Notes: a model not told the origin generated them from the letters alone. A stretch of DNA of 64,000 nt from Dehalococcoidia bacterium (GCA_009779255.1 WREQ01000002.1:59-64058), one strand, 5' to 3'. Shown: positions 9,979 through 22,930, counted from the first letter of the stretch. Translations and numbers: made by a program.

Positions 9979-10629
9979 ATGTCTGCATCTGAAGAAACAC
10001 ACAGCGCCGAGCTTTTCGAGGCGGTCTGGGACAAGGCCGTCGCCGGTATCGAAAAAATCACACAGGACGAAGCCGACCGCAAATTTCTTAAATCAGTAGC
10101 AATGGGCGGCAGCGTCGCCGCCGAAGCAACAGTCGCCGCCTGCCAGGAAATCAGCAAGTACTGGGACGGGGGCAACGAGACGGTAGCCACTGAGCTTTCC
10201 CAGCTTTTTTCACTGATGATGCTCAGCCAGATCTACCGCTGGATAAGAGAGAAACCGCCCGAAGGCATGACCAATACCGTTCCCCCCGAAGTCAGTGCCA
10301 CACGCATTATCTACATCTTTGACGGCGAACCCGAGCGTGGCATGGAAGACTTCCTGCACTTCAACAGCCAGTACGCCTACGATCTGGATCACCACACACA
10401 CCTTATTCACTTCGCCAGCCTGCTGTTGGCGCGCGTCTCCGAAATCTGCGGGCATCAGGCGCTGGACTGGAGCAAGGTAAAGTGGCCGGTGGTGGAAATG
10501 ACACATCTTACGCGAGGCACTATAATCGACGGGACGGCCATGCGCTCCAAACTCGACATCGACAATCTACTGTCCAGTTTGAGTACCGGCGTGCAGGCAA
10601 TGATGAGCTTTTATGGACAGCTCTCCTGA
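9979..10629 (+). CDS. hypothetical protein (216 aa)
   Basis: ATG 9979 preceded by AAAGAAAGGA. GC3-biased coding frame. No family recognised. Confidence 0.65.
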   Translation: MSASEETHSAELFEAVWDKAVAGIEKITQDEADRKFLKSVAMGGSVAAEATVAACQEISKYWDGGNETVATELSQLFSLMMLSQIYRWIREKPPEGMTNTVPPEVSATRIIYIFDGEPERGMEDFLHFNSQYAYDLDHHTHLIHFASLLLARVSEICGHQALDWSKVKWPVVEMTHLTRGTIIDGTAMRSKLDIDNLLSSLSTGVQAMMSFYGQLS

Positions 10630-12190
10630 AATGCAGTCTGACCTTCCTGGTCTGATTGCCGCGCTCAGTCTGGCGGAAACCTATCCCGAAAAACCTGCTT
10701 CGGTGGAGTTCATCCAGACCCAGATGTCCTGCATTTTCCTTACTCCGGATTTTGCCTACAAGATAAAAAAACCGGTCAACCTAGGCTATGTAGACTACAC
10801 CACACTGGAAAAGCGCCGCTATTTCTGCGAACAGGAGGTTGAACTCAACCGCCGCCTCTGTCCGGACTCGTACATCGGCGTCCTGCCGATTACTTTTGAC
10901 GGCGGGCGGTATGCGCTGAACGGTAGCGGGGAGACGGTCGAATACTGCGTCAAAATGCACCGCCTGCCCAACTACCGCCTGCTCGACCGCCTACTTGAAC
11001 AGCGCGCCGTGACGCCCGACATGATGGATGAAGTGGCGCTTAAAATCTCTGCTTTTCACGCAGGAGCAGAAACATCGGAGGAGATCGCGGCTTACGGCTC
11101 GCCCGAAGTTGTGACGCGAAACACCGAGGAGAACTTCAGCCAGACAGATATATACGTCGGGCGCTGCATCACACAGAAACAGTTTGAGCGCATATCCAGT
11201 TTTACCCGCGCTTTTATCCATGACAACAGAGAGATTTTCGAACGCCGGATCAGGGAGCGCCGTACCCGCGACTGCCACGGCGACCTGCATGCCCAACACG
11301 TCTGCTTCTGCGATGACGACGTCCACATATTCGACTGCATCGAATTCAACCAGCGCTTCCGCTATTGCGACATAATTTCTGAAATTGCCTTTCTGGCGAT
11401 GGACCTCGACCATGCCGGACGCGCCGACTTGGGACACCGCTTCATTCAATCATACGCGAAGCATAGCCACGACCCGGACATCGCGGCACTGCTCACCTTC
11501 TATAAATGCTACCGAGCCTACGTGCGCGGCAAGGTGGCCGGATTCAAACTCGACGACCCGCTGGTGAGTCAACCAGAGAAAGAAGCATCGGCGGCAATTG
11601 CAAAAGGCTATTTTGACTTGGCGCTTTCCTACACGCGCCAGCGTCCAGTTCTCGTCATCATGACCGGGCTGACCGGCAGCGGCAAAACCACCATTGCCTC
11701 CGCTCTTGCCGGCCGACTGGGGGCGATACACGCATCATCAGACGTCACCCGCAAACAGCTGGCAGGCATTCCCGAAACCGAACACCGCTTTGACGAAAAG
11801 GATGGAGGCATCTATACGCCGGAATTCACACGGCGCACATACGACGCTATCCTCAAACAGGCATCTGAAGCGCTACGGGACGGAGGTAATGCCATCCTTG
11901 ACGCCGCCTTCCTCAGACAAAAGGAGCGGAACGAAGCCGTCACAATGGCAAAAGAGCTTGGGGTTGACTGGCGGATACTGGAATGCCGCCTCAGCCCGGA
12001 ACTGACGCAAAAACGCCTCCTAGAGCGGCTGGCGCAGCCCTCCGCCTCAGACGGACGATGGGAAATTTACCAGCGGCAGACCGGCTGGTTTGAGCCGGTA
12101 CCAGATACATCAACGCAACACTACCTGCTAATTGACACATCATTACCCATAGAGCAAAATATATCAGGCGTTCTGGATTGGATGGATTGA
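10613..12190 (+). CDS. fusion of an aminoglycoside-phosphotransferase-like kinase domain and a P-loop (AAA_33-type) kinase domain
   Basis: 525 aa. ..CHGDLHAQHV.. kinase catalytic-loop-like motif in the N-terminal part. Walker A GLTGSGKTT in the C-terminal part. Confidence 0.7.
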   Translation: MDSSPEMQSDLPGLIAALSLAETYPEKPASVEFIQTQMSCIFLTPDFAYKIKKPVNLGYVDYTTLEKRRYFCEQEVELNRRLCPDSYIGVLPITFDGGRYALNGSGETVEYCVKMHRLPNYRLLDRLLEQRAVTPDMMDEVALKISAFHAGAETSEEIAAYGSPEVVTRNTEENFSQTDIYVGRCITQKQFERISSFTRAFIHDNREIFERRIRERRTRDCHGDLHAQHVCFCDDDVHIFDCIEFNQRFRYCDIISEIAFLAMDLDHAGRADLGHRFIQSYAKHSHDPDIAALLTFYKCYRAYVRGKVAGFKLDDPLVSQPEKEASAAIAKGYFDLALSYTRQRPVLVIMTGLTGSGKTTIASALAGRLGAIHASSDVTRKQLAGIPETEHRFDEKDGGIYTPEFTRRTYDAILKQASEALRDGGNAILDAAFLRQKERNEAVTMAKELGVDWRILECRLSPELTQKRLLERLAQPSASDGRWEIYQRQTGWFEPVPDTSTQHYLLIDTSLPIEQNISGVLDWMD

Positions 12191-13450
<1,260 letters not shown>

Positions 13451-13459
13451 GGAGAAGCT

Positions 13460-14665
13460 ATGCCCGAGAGTTTTTGCTCCGACAGATATTTTTTTACATC
13501 CGAATCGGTGACCGAGGGGCATCCCGACAAAATTTGCGACCAGATCTCGGATGCAGTTCTTGATGATATATTGAGGCAGGACCCCGATGCGCATGTCGCT
13601 TGTGAAACGGCGGTCACCAACGGACTGGTGTTCGTAATGGGCGAAATTACCACAGGGGCATACGCCGACATCCAGAAAATCGCCCGCGATGTCATCCGCG
13701 ATATCGGCTACACCAAACCAGAATACGGTTTCGAATGTCAGACATGCGGCGTGATGACCTCCATAAACAAGCAATCCCCCAACATCGCGCAAGGGGTCAA
13801 CTGGTCAGCTGAGGCAAAAGCCGGGTCGACAGATCTTCTCGATGCTACAGGTGCCGGCGACCAGGGCATGATGGTGGGATTTGCCTGCGATGAAACATCG
13901 GAACTGATGCCTCTACCGATTTCGCTGGCACACAGGCTGGCACAGCAGCTGGCGCATGCGCGCAAAAGCGGCGTTGTCCCATATCTGCGCCCAGACGGCA
14001 AGAGTCAGGTGACCGCGGAATACCATAACGGCCGGGTCAAACGCGTTGACAGCATCGTTATCGGCGCTCAACACGACACCGGCATCGTCCATCAGCAAAT
14101 CACAGAGGATGTCATCGAACACATTATCAAACCGATCGTTCCGGCGGAATTGATCGACGAAAACACCAAATACTGGGTAAATGCCACCGGCACATTTGAA
14201 ATCGGCGGACCGGTATCGGATACCGGCTTCACCGGACGCAAAATCCTGGTGGACACCTACGGCGGCATGGCACGCCACGGCGGCGGAGCTTTCTCCGGCA
14301 AGGACCCAACCAAAGTGGACCGCTCGGCGGCATATTACGCGCGCTACGTTGCCAAGAATTTGGTAGCCGCCGGACTGGCTGGAAGGCTTGAACTTCAGGT
14401 TTCCTATGTCATCGGCAAAGCCCGCCCGCTTTCCGTCTCTATCGAGGCCTTTGATACCGGAAAGGTTTGTCAGGAAAAACTGATAGAACTGGTGGAAAAA
14501 TACTTCGACTTCCGCCCGGCGGCTATTATCGAGCAGCTAGGGCTGAGGAATCCGATTTACAGGCAGACGGCTGCCTACGGTCATTTCGGGCGCACCGACA
14601 TTGACCTGCCATGGGAAAAAACTGACAAAGCGGAGATGTTGCGCAAAGAAGGTTTCAGCGATTAG
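13460..14665 (+). CDS. metK: S-adenosylmethionine synthetase
   Basis: 401 aa. Motifs [56 protein letters not shown]. Confidence 0.97.
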   Translation: MPESFCSDRYFFTSESVTEGHPDKICDQISDAVLDDILRQDPDAHVACETAVTNGLVFVMGEITTGAYADIQKIARDVIRDIGYTKPEYGFECQTCGVMTSINKQSPNIAQGVNWSAEAKAGSTDLLDATGAGDQGMMVGFACDETSELMPLPISLAHRLAQQLAHARKSGVVPYLRPDGKSQVTAEYHNGRVKRVDSIVIGAQHDTGIVHQQITEDVIEHIIKPIVPAELIDENTKYWVNATGTFEIGGPVSDTGFTGRKILVDTYGGMARHGGGAFSGKDPTKVDRSAAYYARYVAKNLVAAGLAGRLELQVSYVIGKARPLSVSIEAFDTGKVCQEKLIELVEKYFDFRPAAIIEQLGLRNPIYRQTAAYGHFGRTDIDLPWEKTDKAEMLRKEGFSD

Positions 14666-14682
14666 TGAAGTCGGAGTGAATA

Positions 14683-16119
14683 TTGACTGACAAAACACTC
14701 ATAAAATTCGGCACCGACGGTTGGCGCGCAGTCATAGCCGAAGAGTTTACCTTTGCCAATGTGCGTCGCTGCGCTCAGGCGACCGCTGGTTACATGAAAT
14801 CGGCGCGCCTGGCCGACGCCGGCGTTGTCATCGGCTGGGACACACGCTTCAGCTCTTCCGACTTTGCCAGCGCCACCGCCCGGACGATGGCGGATACCGG
14901 CATAAAGGTCTGGTTGAGCAGGCAGGCCGTACCGACCCCTGTCATCAGCTATACCGTCGCCAGTCTGAAAGCCGGAGGCGGCATCGCCATCACCGCCAGC
15001 CACAACCCGGCTAACTGGAACGGATTCAAGTTCAAGTCACCCGATGGCGCCAGCGCCCCTGCCGCAATTGTAGAGGAAATTGAAGAGCGCATCGCGGCAG
15101 CAGACCTAGAGCTTCTTGCGGCTCCAGCACATGAAATCGAAAAAGCCTCCGTAACTACATCTGATTTCACCCTCGCCTACCTTGAGCACATCGGGAAACT
15201 GCTTGACATTGGCGTTATCCGCTCGGCGGGGCTGAAAGTGGCTGTTGACTCCATGCACGGCGCCGGCTGTGGTTGGTTCAAATCCATACTATCCGGTGCC
15301 AAAACCACTGTACATGAAATCCGTGGGGAACCGAATCCGGCTTTCCCTGGCATGAAACAACCCGAGCCAATCGCCGTCAACCTTTCAGGGTTGTCGGACG
15401 TCATCAGGCAAACCGCGACTTCAGTGGGGCTTGCCCTCGATGGGGACGCCGACAGACTGGGTATCATGGATGAACACGGTAATTTCCTGACCCAACTGCA
15501 GGTTTATGCCCTGCTGGCGCTGTATTTTCTTGAAGTGCGCGGCGAACGCGGCGCCATTGTCAAAACCATCACTACCACAAATATGCTCAACCGGCTTGGC
15601 ACACTTTTCAACGTGCCGGTTTTCGAGGTGCCAGTGGGGTTCAAATACGTAGCGCCGGTGATGCTGCGCGAGAATGCACTCATCGGCGGCGAGGAAAGCG
15701 GCGGATATGGATTCCGCGGGCATGTTCCGGAGCGCGACGGCATACTGGCCGGATTGTATTTTTTGGACTTTATGGCCAGAACAGGCAGGACACCTTCGCA
15801 GCTGCTGGCGCGCCTTTACGACCTGGTCGGGCCGCACTACTACGACCGCCGCGACGTGACCTTCGATAAGGCGCAGCGTTCCTCCATATTGGAGCGCATG
15901 CGAGAGGTTTCGCCAGAAGAAATTGCCGGATTTAAAGTTGAGAAAAAAGAAGATAACGACGGCTTCCGCTTCCTGCTTAAAGGTGGGAGCTGGCTGCTGG
16001 TGCGATTTTCTGGCACCGAACCACTGCTAAGAATCTACGCCGAGGGTGACAGCATAGACAACGTGAATCGTATACTGGAAGCTGGTGCCGCCTTGGCCGG
16101 AGTAACTGAATTATTATGA
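14683..16119 (+). CDS. phosphoglucomutase/phosphomannomutase (alpha-D-phosphohexomutase family)
   Basis: 478 aa. Active-site loop TASHNPANWNGFK and Mg-binding DGDADR. Non-ATG (TTG) start inferred. Confidence 0.9.
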   Translation: MTDKTLIKFGTDGWRAVIAEEFTFANVRRCAQATAGYMKSARLADAGVVIGWDTRFSSSDFASATARTMADTGIKVWLSRQAVPTPVISYTVASLKAGGGIAITASHNPANWNGFKFKSPDGASAPAAIVEEIEERIAAADLELLAAPAHEIEKASVTTSDFTLAYLEHIGKLLDIGVIRSAGLKVAVDSMHGAGCGWFKSILSGAKTTVHEIRGEPNPAFPGMKQPEPIAVNLSGLSDVIRQTATSVGLALDGDADRLGIMDEHGNFLTQLQVYALLALYFLEVRGERGAIVKTITTTNMLNRLGTLFNVPVFEVPVGFKYVAPVMLRENALIGGEESGGYGFRGHVPERDGILAGLYFLDFMARTGRTPSQLLARLYDLVGPHYYDRRDVTFDKAQRSSILERMREVSPEEIAGFKVEKKEDNDGFRFLLKGGSWLLVRFSGTEPLLRIYAEGDSIDNVNRILEAGAALAGVTELL

Positions 16120-17198
16120 GCCAGGTCAATCTTGACGACCCTAAGACGTATGTAACCAGCGACCCATTCGGGATGTTGCATCACATACACGACATTTCCA
16201 TGCTGTGCCAGAAAGCATGGAGGCAGGCACTGACCCTAGATCTGCCACAAAGATATTCCAGGGTGAATAAAATAGCCATATTTGGCATGGGAGGATCGGC
16301 CATCGGCGGTGATCTTCTGTCCAGTCTGGTTATCGGCGAATGCAAGGTGCCAATTTCTGTTCACCGCGGATACATCCCTCCGGCATTTATTGACGAAAAT
16401 ACACTGGTTATCGCTTCCAGCTACTCCGGCAATACCGAGGAAACGCTTGCCGCTTTTGAGGCAATACCAGACCATCACACCCCCAAGATAGTTATGACGT
16501 CAGGAGGAGAGTTGGCCGGAATAGCGCAAAAACATGACCTGCCGGCCTTCATCTTTGACTACCAATCGCCGCCGCGCGCTGCCATGCCGCTTAGTTTTCT
16601 GGCATTGCTTGGCATCCTGCACAAACTTGAACTGATTGCGGACAAGAGCGCAGACGTGGCTGAGGCCTGCGAGGTCATGGACAGACTCTCTGAGACTATT
16701 AACGAAACCTCTCCCGAACAGGAAAATCCCGCCAAACAGCTGGCGCGGCGGCTTTATGGAAACATGGCGATCATCTATGGAGCGGAGCATCTCGCAGAGG
16801 TGGCATCGCGCTGGAAAATACAGATAAACGAGAATGCTAAAGGATGGGCGGGAAGCGCCGTTTTCCCTGAACTGAACCATAACTCGACAACGGGATACGC
16901 TGTGCCAAAAGAGATCAGTGAAAAAACATTTGTGATTATGCTCCGGTCTGAATCACTTCATCCCCGCATCCTGCTAAGATACGGCATCACCAGCAAGCTT
17001 CTTGACAGGCACGCCGTAAAACATGAAACACTGACCGCCATTGGAAAAAACAAACTGGCGCAGATGTTTAGCCTTATATTATTCGGAGATTATGCGAGCT
17101 ACTATCTGGCGCTGCTATACGGGATTGACCCCTACCCTATTGAAGCCGTGGATTACCTCAAGAGGGAACTGGGAAAAAGCAAGCAGAGCGGGAGCTGA
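16116..17198 (+). CDS. bifunctional phosphoglucose/phosphomannose isomerase (SIS-domain family)
   Basis: 360 aa. ..FGMGGSAIGGDLL.. and ..SYSGNTEET... ATGA overlap with the upstream mutase gene. Confidence 0.8.
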   Translation: MSQVNLDDPKTYVTSDPFGMLHHIHDISMLCQKAWRQALTLDLPQRYSRVNKIAIFGMGGSAIGGDLLSSLVIGECKVPISVHRGYIPPAFIDENTLVIASSYSGNTEETLAAFEAIPDHHTPKIVMTSGGELAGIAQKHDLPAFIFDYQSPPRAAMPLSFLALLGILHKLELIADKSADVAEACEVMDRLSETINETSPEQENPAKQLARRLYGNMAIIYGAEHLAEVASRWKIQINENAKGWAGSAVFPELNHNSTTGYAVPKEISEKTFVIMLRSESLHPRILLRYGITSKLLDRHAVKHETLTAIGKNKLAQMFSLILFGDYASYYLALLYGIDPYPIEAVDYLKRELGKSKQSGS

Positions 17199-17240
17199 AA
17201 TCATCCTTCAATAAACCACCGCCCTTTCGAAAACAGCAGA

Positions 17241-17265
17241 GAGCCGCTCCGAATCGGAGCGGCTC
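17241..17265. terminator. bidirectional intrinsic terminator between convergent genes
   Basis: GAGCCGCTCC (17241-17250) pairs with GGAGCGGCTC (17256-17265). T-rich flanks on both strands. Sits between the isomerase gene (+) and rpsI (-). Confidence 0.7.
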
Positions 17266-17290
17266 ATCTTTAATAACTGATAACCCACTT

Positions 17291-17686
17291 CTACCGCTTG
17301 GTGTACTGTGATGCTTTACGGGCGCGCCTGAGGCCTGGCTTCTTGCGCTCCTTGGCACGAGGATCGCGGGTAAGAAGACCTTCGGCGCGCAAGGCGGCCT
17401 TATGATTCTCGTCTTCCTTGAGCAGGGCGCGGGCAATCGCCAACGCCGTAGCGTCGGCCTGGCCGGTAACGCCACCGCCTTCCAGCTTGACTTCAATGTC
17501 ATATTTGGCGGTCGTCTGGGTAACATTGAGCGGCTTCAACACCGCCTGACGGTGGTCAAAGCGGGTAAAGCGCTCTTCATAGAGCTTCCCATCCACGACA
17601 ATCTTGCCGCTGCCCGGGACAAGCTTTACCTGTGCCACCGCTGTCTTGCGCCTGCCGGTCGCGCCGGTATAAGTCTTTTTAACCAT
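17291..17686 (-). CDS. rpsI: 30S ribosomal protein S9
   Basis: 131 aa. ..GRRKTAVAQV.. and C-terminal ..RRARKASQYTKR. Confidence 0.97.
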   Translation of the reverse strand: MVKKTYTGATGRRKTAVAQVKLVPGSGKIVVDGKLYEERFTRFDHRQAVLKPLNVTQTTAKYDIEVKLEGGGVTGQADATALAIARALLKEDENHKAALRAEGLLTRDPRAKERKKPGLRRARKASQYTKR

Positions 17687-17689
17687 TTG

Positions 17690-18112
17690 CTAACCCTCCT
17701 GCGCCTTGACTTTAGCCTGCACGCCAGCGGCGCCGGCATATACTTTGAGTTTCTTTATCATGGCATCGCCCAGCTTGTTACGAGGAAGCATCCCCCTGAC
17801 AGCATGCTCAATGACCGCCTCAGGTTTCCTGGACATCATTTCAGCCAGAGATACGGCGCGAAAGCCGCCCGGATAGCCGGAATGGCGATAGTACATTTTT
17901 TGCTCCAGCTTTTTGCCGGTAACCTTGATCTTGACGGCGTTAACAACCACTACGTAATCGCCTGTATCCAGGTTACGGGTGAACATGGCCTTGTTTTTGC
18001 CCATGAGCAACTCTGCCGCCTCGGTAGCCAGCTTGCCCAGCACCTTGCCTTCGGCATCGATGACGTGGCGCTCACGTTGAATTTCCTTTTCTTTGACGCT
18101 GTAGGTTTTCAT
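17690..18112 (-). CDS. rplM: 50S ribosomal protein L13
   Basis: 140 aa. ..YYRHSGYPGG... Conserved rplM-rpsI pairing. Confidence 0.97.
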   Translation of the reverse strand: MKTYSVKEKEIQRERHVIDAEGKVLGKLATEAAELLMGKNKAMFTRNLDTGDYVVVVNAVKIKVTGKKLEQKMYYRHSGYPGGFRAVSLAEMMSRKPEAVIEHAVRGMLPRNKLGDAMIKKLKVYAGAAGVQAKVKAQEG

Positions 18113-18122
18113 TGAAGCCTTC

Positions 18123-18935
18123 CTAAAGATTGTTTGCGTAATATACCTTTTTCAGATACAGCCCGCAGGCAGGCACGCACGGCCCTGCCAGGCCAAACTC
18201 ACGAACATTGATTATACCTTGAAACGCGGCGGGTGTCATTTTGCCCCGCCCCACGCGCAGCAGTGTCCCAACGGTGTTGCGCACTTGGTGCGGAAGAAAG
18301 GCATTGGCCACAAGCCTTACGATGACCATATCGGCTTCACGCCGGACTGCCGCTTCATACATGCGACGCACGGTACTCATTTGCGGATCATCCACACCAG
18401 AAGCAAACAAGATGAAATCATGCTCGCCAACCAGCAGGGAAGCCGCCTGGTTCATGGCCGCAATGTCCAGCTTCCCCGGCACTTGATAAGCACGATTGCG
18501 CCATAAAGCGGAACGCGAATCGGAGTTAAGGATGAAATATTCGTATTCACGTCTCACAGCATGGCGACGGGGGTCAAAATCAGAGGCGACGCTTCCTGCG
18601 AAACGGACTGCAATGTCTTCCGGCAGGTAGTGATTCAATCCATTTATAAACGCTTTCGCATCAAGCACCGCTGCCGTAGTGAAGCTGACCACCTGCCCAT
18701 GTGCGTGTACCCCGGCGTCAGTGCGCCCAGCAAAGCTGACTCGTACCGTCTCACAGGTAAGCGCCCGGAGCGCTCTTTCCAGCTCAGACTGAATCGTCGA
18801 CGCATTATCCTGCACCTGCGATCCGGCATAACGCGTGCCATCATACTCGATAAGCAACATCATACGCACGGCGGAAGGCTCCAATACTGCGGAGTCCCCC
18901 TGCGCCGGATCACGCGCCAACAGAGCAACAGTCAT
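18123..18935 (-). CDS. truA: tRNA pseudouridine(38-40) synthase
   Basis: ..LLIEYDGTRYAGSQVQ.. and catalytic ..GRTDAGVHA... The start could instead be the internal Met at 18863. Confidence 0.9.
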   Translation of the reverse strand: MTVALLARDPAQGDSAVLEPSAVRMMLLIEYDGTRYAGSQVQDNASTIQSELERALRALTCETVRVSFAGRTDAGVHAHGQVVSFTTAAVLDAKAFINGLNHYLPEDIAVRFAGSVASDFDPRRHAVRREYEYFILNSDSRSALWRNRAYQVPGKLDIAAMNQAASLLVGEHDFILFASGVDDPQMSTVRRMYEAAVRREADMVIVRLVANAFLPHQVRNTVGTLLRVGRGKMTPAAFQGIINVREFGLAGPCVPACGLYLKKVYYANNL

Positions 18936-18941
18936 GCTATT

Positions 18942-19295
18942 TTATACCAACTCCAGCTGTGCCATGGGAGCGCCATCGCCCTGACGCGGCGACAGCTTTA
19001 TGATGCGGGTATAACCACCATTGCGCTCCGCGTAGCGCTTGGCGATGTCGTCGAAGACCTTAGCAACTACATTCTCGTCATAGATGAACGCCAGCGCGCG
19101 GCGGCGTGCGGACAGGTCCCCCTTCTTACCCATGGTAATGATTTTCTCCGCCATACCGCGTATTTCCTTAGCCTTGGCCTCGGTAGTAACAATTTTTTCG
19201 GCATCCAACAGGTCCTGCACCAGATTGCGGTACATGGCGAGACGATGTGCCGTAGGACGATCGAATTTTCTTCCTGAAAGTTTGTGATTAGCCAT
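18942..19295 (-). CDS. rplQ: 50S ribosomal protein L17
   Basis: 117 aa. ..[17 protein letters not shown]... Confidence 0.97.
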   Translation of the reverse strand: MANHKLSGRKFDRPTAHRLAMYRNLVQDLLDAEKIVTTEAKAKEIRGMAEKIITMGKKGDLSARRRALAFIYDENVVAKVFDDIAKRYAERNGGYTRIIKLSPRQGDGAPMAQLELV

Positions 19296-19328
19296 ATATC
19301 CTCGCTTTGAGTGAAATAAGCACCGTTA

Positions 19329-20339
19329 CTACCCAGCCGTCTTGCTGCGTGACGACCTCTTGGGAAGCGCGGCCTTTCCTTCTTTTTCCTCGACAGGAGC
19401 TTCGGAAGCACGGGGGAACGACAGCCCCAGCCCAGACAGCTTCTCCTCGACTTCCTGACGCGACTTTTCCCCGAAGTTACGCAGCGACAGCAATTCTTTT
19501 TCATCGAGGCTGACCAATTCGCCGACGGTATTGATGCCGCCAAAGCGGCGCAGGCAGTTCATGGCCCGCACGGAGAGATCGAGCTTCTCCACAGGCATGT
19601 TGTAGAGATCATCCGGTATCGAAGCGCGGATAGCCTTTTTCTCTTCGTCCGCCACGGAAACACCGCCGTATTCCATCAGAGGCCGCAACTGTTCGGTCAG
19701 AATGGCGGCACCGCGGCTGACAGCACGCGACGGCAACAGGGTGCCATCCGTCCATATTTCCAGTGTCAGCCTCTCTTGACTGGTCTCGCGGCCAAGATGC
19801 ATCGGCTCAGTGGTGAAATTCACCTTGCGCACCGGCGTAAAAATGGCATCCACCGGAATAGTGCCAATAGGCAGATTATCGCCGCCGGAAGCAGTCTGGT
19901 AACCGGTCCCAAGTTCAACATCAATTTCCACCATAAGATGCGCGTTCTTGCCAGAGAGCGTCGCCAGATACAGGTCGGGATTGACAATTTCAAAGTCCAC
20001 TGACCCGGCGATATCGGAAGCACGCACCTCGCCGTCTCCGGACTTCTCCAGATAAAGCTTGCCCGGCTGCCCTGTGACGGGTTTAAGCCTGAGTGACTTG
20101 AGATTGAGTACAAAGTCCAGCACGTCTTCCTTAACATCTGGAATAGCGGAGAACTCGTGATGGATGCCGTCTATGCGCACACAGGTTACCGCCGCGCCAG
20201 GCAGATAGCGCAATAATACGCGGCGCATGGCATTGCCTAGCGTAGTACCAAAGCCCTTTTCCAGCGGCTCGGCCACGAAGCGGCCATATTTTTCATTTGA
20301 TTCAACAGTTTCAATCTTAGGTACCAATAAGGTAGCCAA
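19329..20339 (-). CDS. rpoA: DNA-directed RNA polymerase subunit alpha
   Basis: 336 aa. N-terminal assembly domain plus alpha-CTD (..[13 protein letters not shown]..). Confidence 0.97.
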   Translation of the reverse strand: MATLLVPKIETVESNEKYGRFVAEPLEKGFGTTLGNAMRRVLLRYLPGAAVTCVRIDGIHHEFSAIPDVKEDVLDFVLNLKSLRLKPVTGQPGKLYLEKSGDGEVRASDIAGSVDFEIVNPDLYLATLSGKNAHLMVEIDVELGTGYQTASGGDNLPIGTIPVDAIFTPVRKVNFTTEPMHLGRETSQERLTLEIWTDGTLLPSRAVSRGAAILTEQLRPLMEYGGVSVADEEKKAIRASIPDDLYNMPVEKLDLSVRAMNCLRRFGGINTVGELVSLDEKELLSLRNFGEKSRQEVEEKLSGLGLSFPRASEAPVEEKEGKAALPKRSSRSKTAG

Positions 20340-20356
20340 GAGCGGCCTCCTTGCTT

Positions 20357-20980
20357 CTAGCGGGAGTAATACTCAACCACTGAAGCCGTATCAAACTTGG
20401 TCCCAACAGCACCGGGATTAGGCACGCTGACCACACGTCCCACCATCGAGGTTTTTTCCAGACTGAGCCATGAAGCCACTACCTTGCTGCCGATGCTTTC
20501 TGAAACAGTCTTGAAGTAATTACCTTTCTTGCTTGACTCATGCCAACCAACGACATCTCCTTCCTTGACCAGATAGGAAGGCACATCGGTGCGCTTGCCG
20601 TTTACCATGAAGTGGCCGTGCTGTACAAGCTGGCGAGACTGTGAGCGCGAATCAGCAAATCCCAGCCGGTAAACGACATTATCCAGACGCTTTTCCAGCA
20701 ACACAATCAGATTGTCGCCGGTGATGCCGCTCTGGCGCTCCGCCTCGGCAAAAAAGCGGCGGAACTGTCTCTCCAGCACTCCATAGCTGTAGCGCACCTT
20801 CTGCTTCTCACGCAACTGCATACCGCGGTCGGAAAGGCGGCGGCGGCGCGACAACTGCGGACCAGGAGCCTTTGGACGCTTGTCGTATGTACATTTGCCG
20901 ACGCACTTGTCGCCCTTTAAAAAGAGTTTCTCGCCGCTCCTGCGGCAGAGTCTACATTTAGCTTCAGTATACCTGGCCAT
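20357..20980 (-). CDS. rpsD: 30S ribosomal protein S4
   Basis: 207 aa. [14 protein letters not shown].. and an S4 RNA-binding domain. Confidence 0.97.
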   Translation of the reverse strand: MARYTEAKCRLCRRSGEKLFLKGDKCVGKCTYDKRPKAPGPQLSRRRRLSDRGMQLREKQKVRYSYGVLERQFRRFFAEAERQSGITGDNLIVLLEKRLDNVVYRLGFADSRSQSRQLVQHGHFMVNGKRTDVPSYLVKEGDVVGWHESSKKGNYFKTVSESIGSKVVASWLSLEKTSMVGRVVSVPNPGAVGTKFDTASVVEYYSR

Positions 20981-20983
20981 AGT

Positions 20984-21376
20984 TTACACGCGCCTCCTTT
21001 TGGGCGGTCGGCAGCCGTTATGCGGCACGGGCGTAACATCGCGAATTGAGGTAATGTGCAGACCGGAGGCCTGCAACGAACGGATAGCCGCCTCGCGGCC
21101 TGAGCCAGGGCCTTTGACAAGGACTTCCACCTGCCTGAGACCGACCTCCATAGCCTTGCGCGCCGCAGTTGAGGCCGCCATCTGGGCGGCATAGGGAGTA
21201 CTCTTGCGCGACCCTTTGAAGCCTGAGGCGCCGGCAGAGGCCGACGACAGGACATTACCCTGCGGATCAGTCAGTGTAACAATGGTATTGTTAAAGGTAG
21301 CCTGAACATAAGCTCTACCTGAAGGTACGACCTTCTTTTCCCTTTTTCTGGTTGTCTTTTTTGCAGTCTGTGCCAT
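20984..21376 (-). CDS. rpsK: 30S ribosomal protein S11
   Basis: 130 aa. ..[14 protein letters not shown]... Confidence 0.97.
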   Translation of the reverse strand: MAQTAKKTTRKREKKVVPSGRAYVQATFNNTIVTLTDPQGNVLSSASAGASGFKGSRKSTPYAAQMAASTAARKAMEVGLRQVEVLVKGPGSGREAAIRSLQASGLHITSIRDVTPVPHNGCRPPKRRRV

Positions 21377-21397
21377 GTATATCTCCTGAAACGTGCT

Positions 21398-21784
21398 TTA
21401 CTTCTTGGCGCCGCGCTTCTGTCCACGCCCGGCCACAGTCTTCGGCTTGCCTTTTCGCGTGCGGGCGTTGGTGCGTGTACGTTGCCCATGCACCGGCAGA
21501 CCGCGGCGATGACGCAGACCGCGGTACGAGCCGACATCAATCAGCCGCTTGATGTTGAGCTGAACCTCCTTGCGCAACTCGCCTTCCACAACAAACTCGC
21601 GATCGATGTATTCACGGATGCGATTGACTTCCGCCTCCGAAAGCGCGTCCATTCTGGTTTCCGGCGTGATTTTGGTAGCCGCCAGTATACGACGTGCCCT
21701 AGTCGGACCAACGCCATAAATATACTGCAGCGAAACCCACGCATGTTTTTCCTTGGGTAAGTCTACTCCGGCTATACGTGCCAT
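21398..21784 (-). CDS. rpsM: 30S ribosomal protein S13
   Basis: 128 aa. [10 protein letters not shown]... Confidence 0.97.
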   Translation of the reverse strand: MARIAGVDLPKEKHAWVSLQYIYGVGPTRARRILAATKITPETRMDALSEAEVNRIREYIDREFVVEGELRKEVQLNIKRLIDVGSYRGLRHRRGLPVHGQRTRTNARTRKGKPKTVAGRGQKRGAKK

Positions 21785-21799
21785 CTATCCCTCCTGCGC

Positions 21800-21913
21800 C
21801 TATCCCTGACGCTGCTTGTGCTTAGGATTGGTGCAAATATTGCGCACCACGCCCTTGCGCTTAATAATCTTGCATTTTTCACATTGTGTCTTTACAGATG
21901 CCCGGACTTTCAT
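21800..21913 (-). CDS. rpmJ: 50S ribosomal protein L36 (zinc-type)
   Basis: Not in the ORF track because it is too short. Hand translation gives [37 protein letters not shown]. Canonical position between infA and rpsM. Confidence 0.95.
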   Translation of the reverse strand: MKVRASVKTQCEKCKIIKRKGVVRNICTNPKHKQRQG

Positions 21914-21931
21914 TTCTCTTCCCCTGTTGCA

Positions 21932-22150
21932 CTATTTGAAACGATAGGTAATGCGCCCGCGCGCCAGGTCGTATGGAGACAATTCCACCAGCACCTTGTC
22001 GCCAGGAAGCACCCTTATGTAATGCACACGAATCTTGCCTGAGATGCTCGCCAACACCATATGCCCATTAGCCAGTTTAACCCTGAAAGTAGCATTGGGC
22101 AACGCTTCGGTTACTACACCCTCGACTTCAATCGCTTCTTTTTTCGCCAT
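21932..22150 (-). CDS. infA: translation initiation factor IF-1
   Basis: 72 aa. ..[26 protein letters not shown]... Confidence 0.97.
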   Translation of the reverse strand: MAKKEAIEVEGVVTEALPNATFRVKLANGHMVLASISGKIRVHYIRVLPGDKVLVELSPYDLARGRITYRFK

Positions 22151-22166
22151 ATTATTATATCTTATC

Positions 22167-22928
22167 CTAAATTCTGGTCAGGATTTCCGCCCCGCCGTCG
22201 GTAATCGCCACGGTATGCTCGAAATGAGCCGCCAAGCTACCATCAGCGGTGGATACCAACCAGCCGTCGCGCCCCTGTTTTGTGCGCCAGCCATCCTTGG
22301 TCAAACCAGCGGTGAGCATCGGCTCGATCGCCAGCGTCATACCGCTTTTAAGCTCGGGGCCGACACCGGGATCACCGAAGTTAGGCACCAGCGGCTCCTC
22401 ATGCATCTCCCGCCCTATTCCGTGCCCGGTATATTCGCGCACCACCATAAAACCACGCGCCTCAGCGAAACGTTGGACGGCAGACGAGACGTCCCCCAAC
22501 CGCCCTCCGGCACGAGCCGCCGCGATACCGGCCATCAGCGACTCGCGGGTGGCATTCATCAACCCCTGCGCCAGCTGACTAACGGGACCCACCCCGACAG
22601 TAATGGCAGCATCCCCCTGATAACCATCCACAATAGCCCCGAAATCGAGTGAAACGATATCACCTTCTCTCAAAACGCGTTCCCCAGGTATGCCATGCAC
22701 AATTTCATCGTTAACCGACACGCACACCGCTGCCGGATAGCCACGATAGCCCTTGAAAGACGGGCGCGCCCCGCGACGCCTCACTTCGCGCTCCGCGATA
22801 GCATCCAGCTCTCGCGTTTTCATTCCCGCACTTACACTGCTTCTCAGTATATCCAGCACTTCAGCAACCACTCTCCCGGCCCTGCGCATAGCTTCAAGTT
22901 CTTTAGCGTTCTTGATGCCGATACTCAT
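22167..22928 (-). CDS. map: type I methionine aminopeptidase
   Basis: 253 aa. Family-typical ..[14 protein letters not shown].., ..DFGA..DGY.GD.., ..[10 protein letters not shown]... Confidence 0.95.
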   Translation of the reverse strand: MSIGIKNAKELEAMRRAGRVVAEVLDILRSSVSAGMKTRELDAIAEREVRRRGARPSFKGYRGYPAAVCVSVNDEIVHGIPGERVLREGDIVSLDFGAIVDGYQGDAAITVGVGPVSQLAQGLMNATRESLMAGIAAARAGGRLGDVSSAVQRFAEARGFMVVREYTGHGIGREMHEEPLVPNFGDPGVGPELKSGMTLAIEPMLTAGLTKDGWRTKQGRDGWLVSTADGSLAAHFEHTVAITDGGAEILTRI

Positions 22929-22930
22929 AT

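Noticed and set aside
9626-10190. Minus-strand ORFs 9626-9889 and 9726-10190
   Set aside because: The second overlaps the better-supported plus-strand gene (RBS, GC3 bias). The first has no RBS and a Trp/Arg/His-rich composition. The region is kept only as an unexplained intergenic stretch.
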